The notes: a model not told the origin generated them from the sequence alone. DNA of 64,000 nucleotides from an uncultured Trueperaceae bacterium (GCA_963815215.1 CAWFFU010000011.1:544001-608000), one strand, 5' to 3'. Counted from the first letter of the stretch, positions 1-8,935 are shown. Made by a program: numbers and translations.

Positions 1-1098
1 GTTGGCGATCACGATGATCCACACCATGGTGAAGACCAGGCTCAGGTTGGTGGTGAGCATCTGGCGGCCCGGCGTGATGCCCATGTTGATGAACGCGGCC
101 AGCAGGATGGCCATGCTCTCGCCACCGGGGATGCCGAAGGCCAGGGTGGGGAGCAGGCCGCCGCCTTCGGTGGCGGCCAGCGTGGCGTCCGGCCCGATGA
201 CGCCCTCGACCGCACCGTGACCGAAGCGCTCGGGATGCTTCGAGGTCTGGGCGGCCTGCGCGTAGGCGGCGATGCCGCCGACGCTGGCGCCCACCCCCGG
301 CAGCACGCCGATCCACAGCCCGAGCAGGCTGGAGCGCACCACCAGCCACCAGTGGCGGAAGGTGTCCTGGACGCCGTCCCACACGGTGCTCGACTCAGTG
401 TCGACCTGCGCCTCCACCACCGAACCGCCCTTGACGAACAGCTTCAACATCTGTGACACCGCGAACAGCCCGATCATCGCCACCGGGAACGAGATGCCGT
501 CGAGCAAGAAGAGGTTGCCGAAGGTGTAGCGGGCGGTGCCGGTGATGGGGTCCATGCCGATGAAGGCGACCAGGATGCCGAGGCCGGCGGCGATGAGCCC
601 CTTCACCACCGAGCCCTCGCTGAAGGTGGCGATGATGGTCAGGCCCCAGAGCGCCATCATGAAGTACTCGCTGGGGCCGAGCGCCAGCATGAGCGGCCTT
701 ACGACGGGGATGGTGGCGACCAGGAAGACCGCGCCGATGACGCCGCCGAGGAGTGCGGCCATGGCCGAAGCGCCCAGCGCCCGCGCGCCCTCGCCGCGCT
801 GCGTCATCGGATAGCCGTCGAAGACGCTGGTGATGGTCTTGGCGGCCCCCGGCACGTTGAACAAGATGCCGGTGATGGAACCGCCCCAGACGGTGGCCGC
901 GTGGGCTCCGAGGAGCAAAGCCAATGCGGCCGCCGGCTGGAATCCGAAGGTGAAGGGCAGCACCAGCGCCATCGCGACGATCCCGCCCAGGCCGGGCAAC
1001 ACGCCGATGACGAGCCCGTAGATCACGCCCACGACCATGAACAGGATCGATTGCGGCGTGAACAGCGCCAACAGTCCGGTCACGGCGGCGGTAATCAC
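1..1098 (-). CDS. tctA: Tripartite tricarboxylate transporter large permease (TctA/SlcF-like), 3' end beyond window
   Basis: Absent from the ORF track because it runs off the edge. Manual translation from GTG at 1098 gives IGVLPGLGG, ILFNVPG and GGGLLPTLAFGIPG, typical TctA motifs. Confidence 0.88.
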   Translation of the reverse strand, partial: MITAAVTGLLALFTPQSILFMVVGVIYGLVIGVLPGLGGIVAMALVLPFTFGFQPAAALALLLGAHAATVWGGSITGILFNVPGAAKTITSVFDGYPMTQRGEGARALGASAMAALLGGVIGAVFLVATIPVVRPLMLALGPSEYFMMALWGLTIIATFSEGSVVKGLIAAGLGILVAFIGMDPITGTARYTFGNLFLLDGISFPVAMIGLFAVSQMLKLFVKGGSVVEAQVDTESSTVWDGVQDTFRHWWLVVRSSLLGLWIGVLPGVGASVGGIAAYAQAAQTSKHPERFGHGAVEGVIGPDATLAATEGGGLLPTLAFGIPGGESMAILLAAFINMGITPGRQMLTTNLSLVFTMVWIIVIAN

Positions 1099-1113
1099 TC
1101 CCAGCGCTCCCTT

Positions 1114-2175
1114 CTAGCCCAGAAGCTCGGCGACGTCGACCATCCTGCCCTCGCGGCTCGAGCGGACCGCGGCCAGCATCACCGCGACGTTGCGGGTCGC
1201 CACCTGGGCATCGACCTCGGCGGCGGTCTCGCCGCGCACCGTCCGCGCGAACTCCTCCACCTCGTCGCGCAGGTGGTCGACGCGCGGCACCTCCACCGCG
1301 ACATCGGTGAGCTCGAAGTCGTCGGGATCGTCGGTGGCGCGCGCGAAAGCCCGCTTGGTCAAGGTCGAATGTTCGTCGGTCACGTCCGAGTTGCTCCACC
1401 AACTGAAGTCGAGCTGGTAGAACAGGTCGCCCGTGGTGCCGTAGACGTTGATGGAGAAGACGCCGGGACAGGCCCAGTTCGTCCCCAGGTAAGCCATCTG
1501 GCCGCTCTCGAACTCCAGCAGCGTGACGTTGACGGTGTCGTTCTCGACCCGGGTGTACATGGGCTTGCCGAAGGTGGCGACGCGCCTCACCGGGCCGAGC
1601 AGGTACTGCAGGTTGTCGATCTGGTGGATGCCGAGCTGCGTCAGCGGCCCGCCAGGAGCCTTCTCGGGATCGCCGCGCCAGTTCCCGGGCTCGATCTGCA
1701 GGCCGCGCTCGTTGGCGAACACCGCCTCGATGACCGAGACGTCTCCGATCTCGCCCGCGTCCATCAGCGCCTTGATCTTCCGCAGGCCGCCCAGGCGCCG
1801 GGCGGAGTGCCCGCAGCTGAACACCACGCCCGCAGCCGCCACCGCACGCTCGATGCGGCGTGCGTCGACGAGCGAGACCGCGATGGGCTTCTCCACGAAG
1901 GCGTGCTTGCCGGCCGCCGCCGCCTGCTCGATGACGTCGGCGTGATGGTCGTTCGGTACCGTCACCACCACGCCCTCGATATCGTCGCGCGCCAGCAGCG
2001 CTTCGAGGCTGGCATCCTGAGCGCAGCCGTAGCGATCCGCGAAGGCGTCGCGCTTGCCCTGCGAGCGGCTGAAACAGCTCACCAGCTCGACCTCGCCGCT
2101 GCGGGTGTAGGCGTCCGCCAGCACGTTGGCCCAGCGCCCCAGCCCCACGGCGGCCACGCGCACGGGCCGGCTCAT
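1114..2175 (-). CDS. Gfo/Idh/MocA family NAD(P)-dependent oxidoreductase
   Basis: VGLGRW Rossmann start, VPNDHH, EKP motif, GGPLTQLGIHQID. Confidence 0.9.
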   Translation of the reverse strand: MSRPVRVAAVGLGRWANVLADAYTRSGEVELVSCFSRSQGKRDAFADRYGCAQDASLEALLARDDIEGVVVTVPNDHHADVIEQAAAAGKHAFVEKPIAVSLVDARRIERAVAAAGVVFSCGHSARRLGGLRKIKALMDAGEIGDVSVIEAVFANERGLQIEPGNWRGDPEKAPGGPLTQLGIHQIDNLQYLLGPVRRVATFGKPMYTRVENDTVNVTLLEFESGQMAYLGTNWACPGVFSINVYGTTGDLFYQLDFSWWSNSDVTDEHSTLTKRAFARATDDPDDFELTDVAVEVPRVDHLRDEVEEFARTVRGETAAEVDAQVATRNVAVMLAAVRSSREGRMVDVAELLG

Positions 2176-2215
2176 CGCGGCTCCCCGGCTCCGGGGGTCG
2201 AGGCTCTTTGCATCC

Positions 2216-3370
2216 TCACGCGCTCCGGTAGAGCTTGGTGAGCACGAACTCGCGATGCCCGAGGGCTTCGGCGCAGGTGCGGCGGCCGCGGACGGTCCGC
2301 TCCACCACCGTCATGAGCTGCTCGCCCGCGCCTTCCACGTCGATCTCCCGGCGCAGCAGCCCGCTGACGTCGAGGTCGATGTGCTCGGTCATGGTCCCGG
2401 CGGTGATGGGATTGCCCGTCAGCTTGATCACCGGCTCGATGGGGTTGCCCACGATGTTGCCCTGGCCGGTCGGGAACAGGTGGATCACGGCGCCGGCGGC
2501 CGCCATGAGGGTGATGCACTCGGCGGCCGCCGAGGAGGTGTCCATGAAGTTCAGGCCCTTGCGACTCGGCGCCACGGCCGGCTCGAGCACGTCGACCACC
2601 GGCTTGGTGCCGGTCTTCTCGATGTTGCCGAGCGCCTTCTCCTCGATGGTGCTGAGGCCCCCACGGATGTTGCCCTGGGTGGGTTGCGAGCCCATCAGAT
2701 CGGCGTCCTGCTCGTCGATCATTCGGATGTAGGCGTCGTAGGTCTCCTGGAAGCGCCGGCGCACATCGTCGTCGACGCAGCGCTCGGCGATGAGGTGCTC
2801 GCCGCCGGTGAGTTCGGACGTCTCGCCGAACAGCACCGTACCGCCCGCCTCGACCACCTTGTCGACCACCTGCGCCACCGTGGGGCACGATGCCAGACCG
2901 GTGGTGGTATCGCTCTCGCCGCACTTGATGCTGAGCGTGATCTCGCCCAGCTCGATCGGCTCGCGGGGGATCTCGCCGGCCTCCTGGACGAAGCGCTGCG
3001 CGGCGCGCGCCGCGACCTTGATGGTCTCCAGGTCACCGTGGCGTTCGATGGAGAAACCCTGCACCGGGGTGCCCTGCGCGCGGATGCCCTCGACGACGAG
3101 CTCGGTCCAGTTGGGCTCGATGCCGATCACGATGGCCGCGGCCACGTTCGGGTTGGAGCCGGTGCCGATCAAGGTCCGGAAATGGAGCTCCAGGTCCTCG
3201 CCGAACTGCAACCGTCCGTACGGGTGCGGGATGGCCAGCGCTTCGGGAACGAGCCGCGCCACCCCTTCGGCGGCTGCGTTGGAGATGTCGTCGACGGGGA
3301 TGACGACCACGTGGTTGCGGATGCCGACGCGGCCGTTGGCCCGCCTGTAGCCGGTGAGTTCCGATGCCAT
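2216..3370 (-). CDS. suyB: UxaA family lyase, probable (2R)-sulfolactate sulfo-lyase beta subunit
   Basis: [52 protein letters not shown] and C-terminal [17 protein letters not shown] match SuyB as I recall it. Split from its SAF subunit. Confidence 0.8.
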   Translation of the reverse strand: MASELTGYRRANGRVGIRNHVVVIPVDDISNAAAEGVARLVPEALAIPHPYGRLQFGEDLELHFRTLIGTGSNPNVAAAIVIGIEPNWTELVVEGIRAQGTPVQGFSIERHGDLETIKVAARAAQRFVQEAGEIPREPIELGEITLSIKCGESDTTTGLASCPTVAQVVDKVVEAGGTVLFGETSELTGGEHLIAERCVDDDVRRRFQETYDAYIRMIDEQDADLMGSQPTQGNIRGGLSTIEEKALGNIEKTGTKPVVDVLEPAVAPSRKGLNFMDTSSAAAECITLMAAAGAVIHLFPTGQGNIVGNPIEPVIKLTGNPITAGTMTEHIDLDVSGLLRREIDVEGAGEQLMTVVERTVRGRRTCAEALGHREFVLTKLYRSA

Positions 3371-3383
3371 GGTGCTCCCTCTC

Positions 3384-3662
3384 CTACCAGCGCGCCGAAC
3401 GGATGTTGTGGGTGTGGACGTAGTCGCCGACCTCGATGTCGCCCGTGGCGATGCCGACGCGCGTGCCGTACTCGGTGACCTCGTCGCCGCGCTTCAAGGC
3501 GCGGACGGCGATCTTGTGGCTGAGCGGAACCGCGCCGCGCGCGGTGATACCGACCTCGCCGCCGGTATCCATGAAGATGCCGACGATCGCGTCACCGACG
3601 TCGATGTCTTCGGTTGCGACCCCGACGTCGTCGCCTTCGTTATGGACCAGGAACTTGTGGAT
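3384..3662 (-). CDS. suyA: SAF-domain small subunit, probable sulfolactate sulfo-lyase alpha; start uncertain (ATC 3662 or GTG 3701)
   Basis: [15 protein letters not shown]...VPLSHKIA...YG...[11 protein letters not shown], directly upstream of suyB. The ORF-track start at 3809 lies upstream of the promoter. Confidence 0.78.
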   Translation of the reverse strand: MHKFLVHNEGDDVGVATEDIDVGDAIVGIFMDTGGEVGITARGAVPLSHKIAVRALKRGDEVTEYGTRVGIATGDIEVGDYVHTHNIRSARW

Positions 3663-3748
3663 GGCGGACCACCTCCCCTGTGGGCGCCGAGTCGGCCCCA
3701 CATGGTCCGGGCGCCTCAGGAGCCCGGCCGCTTGATTGCGATGGCGCC

Positions 3749-3778
3749 ATTCTAGGGGGCGGCTCCCATCAATGTCAA
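3749..3778 (-). promoter_or_regulatory. Sigma70-type promoter for suyA-suyB-gfo-tctA
   Basis: TTGACA-N18-TAGAAT on the minus strand. Confidence 0.75.
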
Positions 3779-3792
3779 TTTTCAATTTTCTG
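3773..3792 (-). promoter_or_regulatory. 20-bp operator copy 1 (CAGAAAATTGAAAATTGACA)
   Basis: Exact match to 5874-5893 in the opposite orientation; overlaps the -35 box. Confidence 0.75.
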
Positions 3793-3818
3793 TCGAAAAT
3801 TGGCGACACACGAAGCCA

Positions 3819-3848
3819 CGGCCCCGCACCCTGCTACGGGCGGGGCCG
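3819..3848 (-). terminator. GC-rich hairpin ending the gntR-dehydrogenase-small ORF unit
   Basis: CGGCCCCGC...GCGGGGCCG inverted repeat just past the stop at 3853; weak U tract. Confidence 0.5.
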
Positions 3849-3852
3849 GCGT

Positions 3853-4074
3853 CTACTCCCGCAGCGCCGCGTCGGCTGCCGGCGTCACGCCGGCGAGATC
3901 GCGCCCACACCAGGGGCAGTAGCGCACCGTCACGCGCTGCTGACGGGCCGGGACGCCCGGCGGCACGCTCGTCAGCACCCACGATCGGCTACGCGAGCTA
4001 TAGAAGACGAGGCCCTCGATCTGCCCCGTCTCGGGTCGACAGACGTGGCTCGAGCCGCGAACATCATCGCTCAT
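3853..4074 (-). CDS. Small putative Zn-binding protein (HxC...YCPWCG)
   Basis: 73 aa; ATG 3 nt after the dehydrogenase stop; followed by a hairpin; zinc-ribbon-like YCPWCGRDL. Confidence 0.6.
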   Translation of the reverse strand: MSDDVRGSSHVCRPETGQIEGLVFYSSRSRSWVLTSVPPGVPARQQRVTVRYCPWCGRDLAGVTPAADAALRE

Positions 4075-4077
4075 GCC

Positions 4078-5067
4078 TCACCCCCCGACGGGCACGGCAA
4101 CGGGATGGAGCGCGGCCTCGCCACGCAGGCAGCGCGCCACCTCTTCGGCGGCCAGCCTGCGCATGCGCACCTGCGCTTGCTCGGAGTACCAGGCCATGTG
4201 CGGCGTCACCAGCACCGAACGGTGGCTCCGCAGCGCGTCGTCTGCCGCAGGCGGCTCGCCCTCGGTCACGTCCAGGCCCGCGCCCGCCAGCCGGCCGCTG
4301 TCGATAGCGCGAAGCAACGCGGCCTCGTCGATCAGGCCGCCACGACTGACGTTGACCACGAACGCCCCCGCCGGGAGGAGCGCCAGCTCTCGCTCGCCCA
4401 GCAGATGGTGCGTGGCGTCACTCAGGGGCAGGTGCAGGGACACCACCTGAGCGTCCGCCAGCACCTCCTCCAGCGAGCCGCGCAACTCGAGCGCACCGCC
4501 GGTCGGGTCGGAGGTCACGAACGGATCGAAGCCCGTGAGCCGGAACCCCAGTCCCTTCAAGAACTCGGCCGCGCGGCGGCCGATGCGTCCTAGACCGAGC
4601 ACCGCCACGGTGGTCGCCTCGGGGGCCGCGATGGGCCGCACCTCGGCGACCCCCCAGCCGCCCGCACGCACGTGGGCGGCGGCCGTCTCGATCTTGCGTG
4701 TGAGCGCCAGGATCAGCGTCACGGCATGCAACGCCACCTCGTCGGTGCAGTAGTCGAGCACGTTGCATACCGCCACGCCCATCTCGGCTGCGGCCCCGAC
4801 ATCGATGCGGTCGACGCCGATGCCGTAGCGCACCAGCGCCGTCGTGCCACGCATCTCGGCCAGCACCGCACGCGTGAAGCGGGGCGCCGAACCCGCCAGG
4901 ACCGCGGCGGCACCACGGCAACTGTCGATGAGGGCGGCCTCGTCGTCCCCGGGGGCTCGGACCACCTCGACTCCGAGCGGGGCGAGCACGCGTTCCTCGA
5001 TGTCGAGTGGGTCGAATCGTGCGCCGCACACCACGACGCGGCGCGGCCCGGAGGCGGCCTCCGTCAT
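4078..5067 (-). CDS. D-isomer-specific 2-hydroxyacid dehydrogenase (CtBP/SerA/SlcC-like)
   Basis: RYGIGVDRID, GLGRIG, SLHLPL, VNVSRGG, LDVTEGEP, TPHMAWYS. Confidence 0.9.
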   Translation of the reverse strand: MTEAASGPRRVVVCGARFDPLDIEERVLAPLGVEVVRAPGDDEAALIDSCRGAAAVLAGSAPRFTRAVLAEMRGTTALVRYGIGVDRIDVGAAAEMGVAVCNVLDYCTDEVALHAVTLILALTRKIETAAAHVRAGGWGVAEVRPIAAPEATTVAVLGLGRIGRRAAEFLKGLGFRLTGFDPFVTSDPTGGALELRGSLEEVLADAQVVSLHLPLSDATHHLLGERELALLPAGAFVVNVSRGGLIDEAALLRAIDSGRLAGAGLDVTEGEPPAADDALRSHRSVLVTPHMAWYSEQAQVRMRRLAAEEVARCLRGEAALHPVAVPVGG

Positions 5068-5141
5068 CGATGGGCGGCCGTGCCGGGCATCCCACGGCGC
5101 GACGGGCGGAAACGGATCAGCATGGGGTGCGACGTCTTCAT
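5064..5141 (-). CDS. 25-aa linker ORF (MKTSHPMLIRFRPSRRGMPGTAAHR)
   Basis: GGAGGT RBS 6 nt upstream; ATGA overlaps with both the gntR stop and the dehydrogenase start. Confidence 0.4.
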   Translation of the reverse strand: MKTSHPMLIRFRPSRRGMPGTAAHR

Positions 5142-5857
5142 GAAGTTACCTCCGTCTTGCCGTTGGTGGTGGGAAGCGTGAGTTGCGAACCGAGGTGCGC
5201 CAGCAGCGCCGAACCGGCGTTGCGGACGTGCTCGCGCATGGCGGCTTCCGCCGGACCGACGCGTCCGCGCGCCACATGCGCCAGGATGCGGTCGTGCTCG
5301 GCCATGGACGAGGGTAGGCGCCCCTCGACCTCGGCGGAGGTACCGATCAACAGGCGGACTTGCCCCATCAACATCTCCGACATCTTCAGCAGTCGATCGT
5401 TGCCCGATGCCTCCCACACCGTTCGGTGGAAGGCGACATCGAGATCGGCGTAGCGCGCCAGGTCGCCCTGGTCACAACACTCCACCTGCTCCTCGTGGAG
5501 CTCGCGCAGAGCGGTCGCCAGCACCTCGGGGTGCGCCTCGACCGCGAGCCGCATCGCCAGCCCTTCCAGCACCGCGCGCAAAGTGTAGATGTCGACGATG
5601 TCGGCAGGCTCCAGGGTGATGACGTAGTACCCGCGATGCGGCCGAGACTCCACCAGGCCCTCGCGCTCCAACGCGGCGAGAGCCTGGTTGATCGGGGTGG
5701 GCGAGAGCTCGAGCTGCTCGACCAGGTCCCGCATCACCAGCTTGCTCCCGGCGGGCAGGGTCCGCGTAAGGATGCCCTCGCGCAGCGCGTCGTAGGCCTG
5801 GCGCGACAGAACATCGCGCTCTGGAACGTGCAGTTTGCCGATCATCGGCTTCCCCAT
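5138..5857 (-). CDS. GntR family (FadR subfamily, FCD domain) transcriptional regulator
   Basis: N-terminal wHTH (LSPTPINQALAALEREGLV); FCD domain with FH, EH and EH motifs. Confidence 0.92.
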   Translation of the reverse strand: MGKPMIGKLHVPERDVLSRQAYDALREGILTRTLPAGSKLVMRDLVEQLELSPTPINQALAALEREGLVESRPHRGYYVITLEPADIVDIYTLRAVLEGLAMRLAVEAHPEVLATALRELHEEQVECCDQGDLARYADLDVAFHRTVWEASGNDRLLKMSEMLMGQVRLLIGTSAEVEGRLPSSMAEHDRILAHVARGRVGPAEAAMREHVRNAGSALLAHLGSQLTLPTTNGKTEVTS

Positions 5858-5866
5858 GATGAGAAG

Positions 5867-5875
5867 ACTATAGCA
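5867..5875 (-). promoter_or_regulatory. Extended -10 for near-leaderless gntR transcript
   Basis: TGCTATAGT ends 9 nt before ATG 5857; no SD. Confidence 0.5.
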
Positions 5876-5893
5876 GAAAATTGAAAATTGACA
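5874..5893 (+). promoter_or_regulatory. 20-bp operator copy 2 (CAGAAAATTGAAAATTGACA)
   Basis: Identical to the reverse complement of 3773-3792; lies between divergent gntR and the ABC operon. Confidence 0.75.
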
Positions 5894-5916
5894 ATTGTCC
5901 CGGCGCGACCTAGAAT
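5888..5916 (+). promoter_or_regulatory. Sigma70-type promoter for the ABC operon
   Basis: TTGACA-N17-TAGAAT. Confidence 0.8.
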
Positions 5917-6063
5917 TGCCGAATCGACAATCCCATGCCTAGCACGCGCACGTGCGCCGCCCATTACCGGGCGCCGTAGCGCCGGGAGGTGGCTCATTCA
6001 AGGGTTCCTCGTTCTTTCCAGGGTTGCACGCAGCACGGGTCGTGCCCGAGCGCGCGTCCGGCC

Positions 6064-6849
6064 GTGACCGTCTCCACCCCAGTGAGGCAGGCCAAGGCCG
6101 CAGCCTCCAACATCTCCAAGTGGTACGGCGACCTCGAGGTGCTCCACGACATCAATCTGGAGATCTACCAGCATGAGTTCCTGTGCCTCCTCGGCCCCAG
6201 CGGCTGCGGCAAGACCACCCTGTTGCGCATCCTCGACGGCCTGATCCAGCCCGACGAGGGCAACGTGACCATCGACGGTGAGGTCATCCACGGCCCCCCG
6301 CGACAGGCTGCCATGGTCTTCCAGCAGTTCGGCCTCTTCCCCTGGAAGACGGTGAGTCAGAACGTGGCCTTCCCGATGGTTCTCGCCGGCGTGCCCAAAG
6401 CGCAGATCGAGGAGAAGGCGCAAGCGGCCATCGATCTCGTCGGCCTGAAGGGGTTCGCGGATTCCTTCCCCGACAACCTCTCGGGCGGCATGAGGCAACG
6501 CGTCGGCATCGCCCGCGCGCTCGCGGTAGGCCCGGAAGTCCTGCTCATGGACGAGCCCTTCGCTTCCGTCGACGCCTACACGCGCGAGCTGCTCCAGGGG
6601 GAGCTGTTGTCGATCTGGGAGCGCTTCCGGCAGACGGTCGTGTTCGTCACGCACAGCATCGACGAGGCCATCACGTTGGCCGATCGCATCGTGGTCATGA
6701 AGGCCAGGCCGGGCGAGGTGTACCACGTCTTCGACGTGCCCATCGACCGCCCGCGTACGGTCAACAGCGTGCGCCAGCACCCAGCCTACGAGCCGCTGCG
6801 CGAGACCATCTGGAACGACATGCTCAAGGGCAGCGGGAGGGTCGAGTGA
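6064..6849 (+). CDS. NitT/TauT family ABC transporter ATP-binding protein (start GTG 6064 or 5989)
   Basis: GPSGCGKT, LSGGMRQRV, LLMDEPF, FVTHSIDEA. Confidence 0.9.
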   Translation: MTVSTPVRQAKAAASNISKWYGDLEVLHDINLEIYQHEFLCLLGPSGCGKTTLLRILDGLIQPDEGNVTIDGEVIHGPPRQAAMVFQQFGLFPWKTVSQNVAFPMVLAGVPKAQIEEKAQAAIDLVGLKGFADSFPDNLSGGMRQRVGIARALAVGPEVLLMDEPFASVDAYTRELLQGELLSIWERFRQTVVFVTHSIDEAITLADRIVVMKARPGEVYHVFDVPIDRPRTVNSVRQHPAYEPLRETIWNDMLKGSGRVE

Positions 6850-7691
6850 TGGACGTAGGACACCGCCGTGCCGACGAGCGCACCGCGTTGCGCGAGCGCG
6901 TCAAGGAACGCCGGCGCCAGACCGAACGCCGCAAGCGGAACCGCTACCTCCTCATCCGCGCGCTGTCGTTCGTAGTGGTGCTCGGTGCCTGGCAGATCTA
7001 CGGCAACAACAGCCTCGAGATCATCTTCACGCCCTTCACCACGGTCGTCGCCCATCTCTTCGAGCTGCTCGTCTCGGGACCGCTGGCCGGCGCCATCGCC
7101 TACAGCCTGTCGATGTTCTTCGGCGGCCTGGTGATCGGCAGCATCATCGGCGTCACGTTGGGCGTGGCAATGGGCCGCTTCGCGATGTTCGAGGCCGCCC
7201 TCGGCATGTACGTCTACGCCATCTACTCCACCCCTCTGGTGGCGTTGATCCCGCTGATCTCGCTGTGGTTCGGCTTCGGCGTGCAGGCTCAGCTCATCAT
7301 CATCTCGATGTTCGTGTTGTTCCCCATCACCATCGCCGTCTACAACGGCGTGCGTAGCGTGGACCCCTCCCTGATCGAGGTCGCCCGCTCGTTCCGCGCC
7401 AACGAGATGGCGATGTGGCGCCACGTCATCATCCCCAGCGTCGTCCCCTACATCGTCACCGGCCTCAGTCAGGGGGTGGCCATGGGCCTGGTGGGCATGT
7501 TCATCTCCGAGATCTACACCGCGCTGTCGGGCATGGGGCAGATCCTGGCCTTCTCGGCCAACGCCTACAAGACGGCCGACATGCTGGCCGTGCTCCTGAC
7601 GGTGATGATCCTGGGGGTCACCTTCCGGACCGTCATCGAGGAGCTCCGCAAGCGTCTTGCGCCCTGGTTCAACAAGGAGTCCGGGCGTTGA
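6846..7691 (+). CDS. NitT/TauT family ABC transporter permease
   Basis: Multiple TM helices and EVARSFRA (EAA loop); overlaps the ATPase stop. Confidence 0.9.
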   Translation: MMDVGHRRADERTALRERVKERRRQTERRKRNRYLLIRALSFVVVLGAWQIYGNNSLEIIFTPFTTVVAHLFELLVSGPLAGAIAYSLSMFFGGLVIGSIIGVTLGVAMGRFAMFEAALGMYVYAIYSTPLVALIPLISLWFGFGVQAQLIIISMFVLFPITIAVYNGVRSVDPSLIEVARSFRANEMAMWRHVIIPSVVPYIVTGLSQGVAMGLVGMFISEIYTALSGMGQILAFSANAYKTADMLAVLLTVMILGVTFRTVIEELRKRLAPWFNKESGR

Positions 7692-7776
7692 GCCCGACCC
7701 CTCGGGGCAGACGAACCGATCGGTGTCACCGGGACGGACCGTGTCCGCTCCCGTGCACAGCAAAGGGAGGCAGCAG

Positions 7777-8853
7777 ATGAGCAGGTCGATCAACGGATGG
7801 TTCACGAGCAGGCCGCTGGCAGCGGTCGCGGCGGCCCTGGTCGTCGCAGCGCTGCTGGCCGGCACAGCCAGTGCTCAAGGCTCGAACGACTGGCCCAATG
7901 TCACCGCTTCCACCGCCTGGGGGACCATCGGCGCCACGGTAGCCGTGTCGCCTCCCAAGGCCGTGTTCCTGGTGCCCTTCATCGCGCAGGCCGAAGGCTT
8001 CTTCGATCGTGAGCACCTTCACGTCAAGCTGGTCCCCGAGACCAGCGGCGTTCCGGCGTTCCTGAGCACGGTGGCGGGCTCGACCAAGTTCTCGTTCACG
8101 TCGGCCACCGACCCGATCATCGCGGCCTCGCACGGCCAAGCGGCCCACGTGATCTGGTCGTACGGGCTGAAGCTCGACACCGTGTGCATCGGTGGTGACG
8201 GCATCAAGACCGCCAAGGATCTGGTCGGCAAGAACGTCGGCGTCACGGACACCGGCGGTTTCGCACAGACGTTGCTGCAGGCCTGCCTGGCGCCCGCCGG
8301 CGTGTCGCTCGACAGCGTCCACATGATCCACATGCAGCGCTCCGGCTTCGTGCCGGCGATGGTCAGTCACCGCATCTCCGCCGCCGTTTTCCACGCCGAC
8401 GGCGCCTACGTGGTGCTGCAGAAGGACCCCGGTGTGACGGCGCTGGCCTACGAGTACGAGGCCATCCCCGACTGGTGGTACGGCGCGCTGGCCGCCAACG
8501 ACGCCTACGTCAAGGCCAATCCCGGTGAGGTCAAGCGCTTCCTTCGGGCGCTGGTGCTCGCCAGCCGCTGGATGTACGACCCGGCCAACAAGGCCAAGGT
8601 CATCGCCGACGGCGCCAAGGCCAGCGGTGAAGACCCCGCCGCCATCGAGTACGCCTACAACCTGATGATCAAGGGCCACATCTGGCCGTTGAACGCCGGT
8701 CTGCCGACGCAGCAGTCGTACATGTACACGGCCCAGAAGCTCAAGGACTTCGGCGAGATCGACACCATCCCCAGCTACGAACAGACGATCGACGCTTCGT
8801 ACGTCGACGCCGTCCTGCAGAATGTCGGGAAGGTCGACCCCTCCAAGTACTGA
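7777..8853 (+). CDS. NMT1/SsuA/THI5-like ABC substrate-binding protein
   Basis: GGGAGG RBS; signal peptide ending ASA-Q; IAQAEGFFDREHL and DLVGKNVGV motifs. Confidence 0.85.
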   Translation: MSRSINGWFTSRPLAAVAAALVVAALLAGTASAQGSNDWPNVTASTAWGTIGATVAVSPPKAVFLVPFIAQAEGFFDREHLHVKLVPETSGVPAFLSTVAGSTKFSFTSATDPIIAASHGQAAHVIWSYGLKLDTVCIGGDGIKTAKDLVGKNVGVTDTGGFAQTLLQACLAPAGVSLDSVHMIHMQRSGFVPAMVSHRISAAVFHADGAYVVLQKDPGVTALAYEYEAIPDWWYGALAANDAYVKANPGEVKRFLRALVLASRWMYDPANKAKVIADGAKASGEDPAAIEYAYNLMIKGHIWPLNAGLPTQQSYMYTAQKLKDFGEIDTIPSYEQTIDASYVDAVLQNVGKVDPSKY

Positions 8854-8896
8854 GCCGTTCGCTGGGACGCGCCTGGCTTCTCAGCGTTCGAGACGT

Positions 8897-8935
8897 CGCC
8901 GGCCGCTACCGCCCACCCGGGCGGAGCGGCCGGCG
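8897..8935 (+). terminator. Hairpin after the ABC operon
   Basis: CGCCGGCCGCT-A-CCGCCC / GGGCGG-AGCGGCCGGCG stem with one bulge. Confidence 0.5.
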
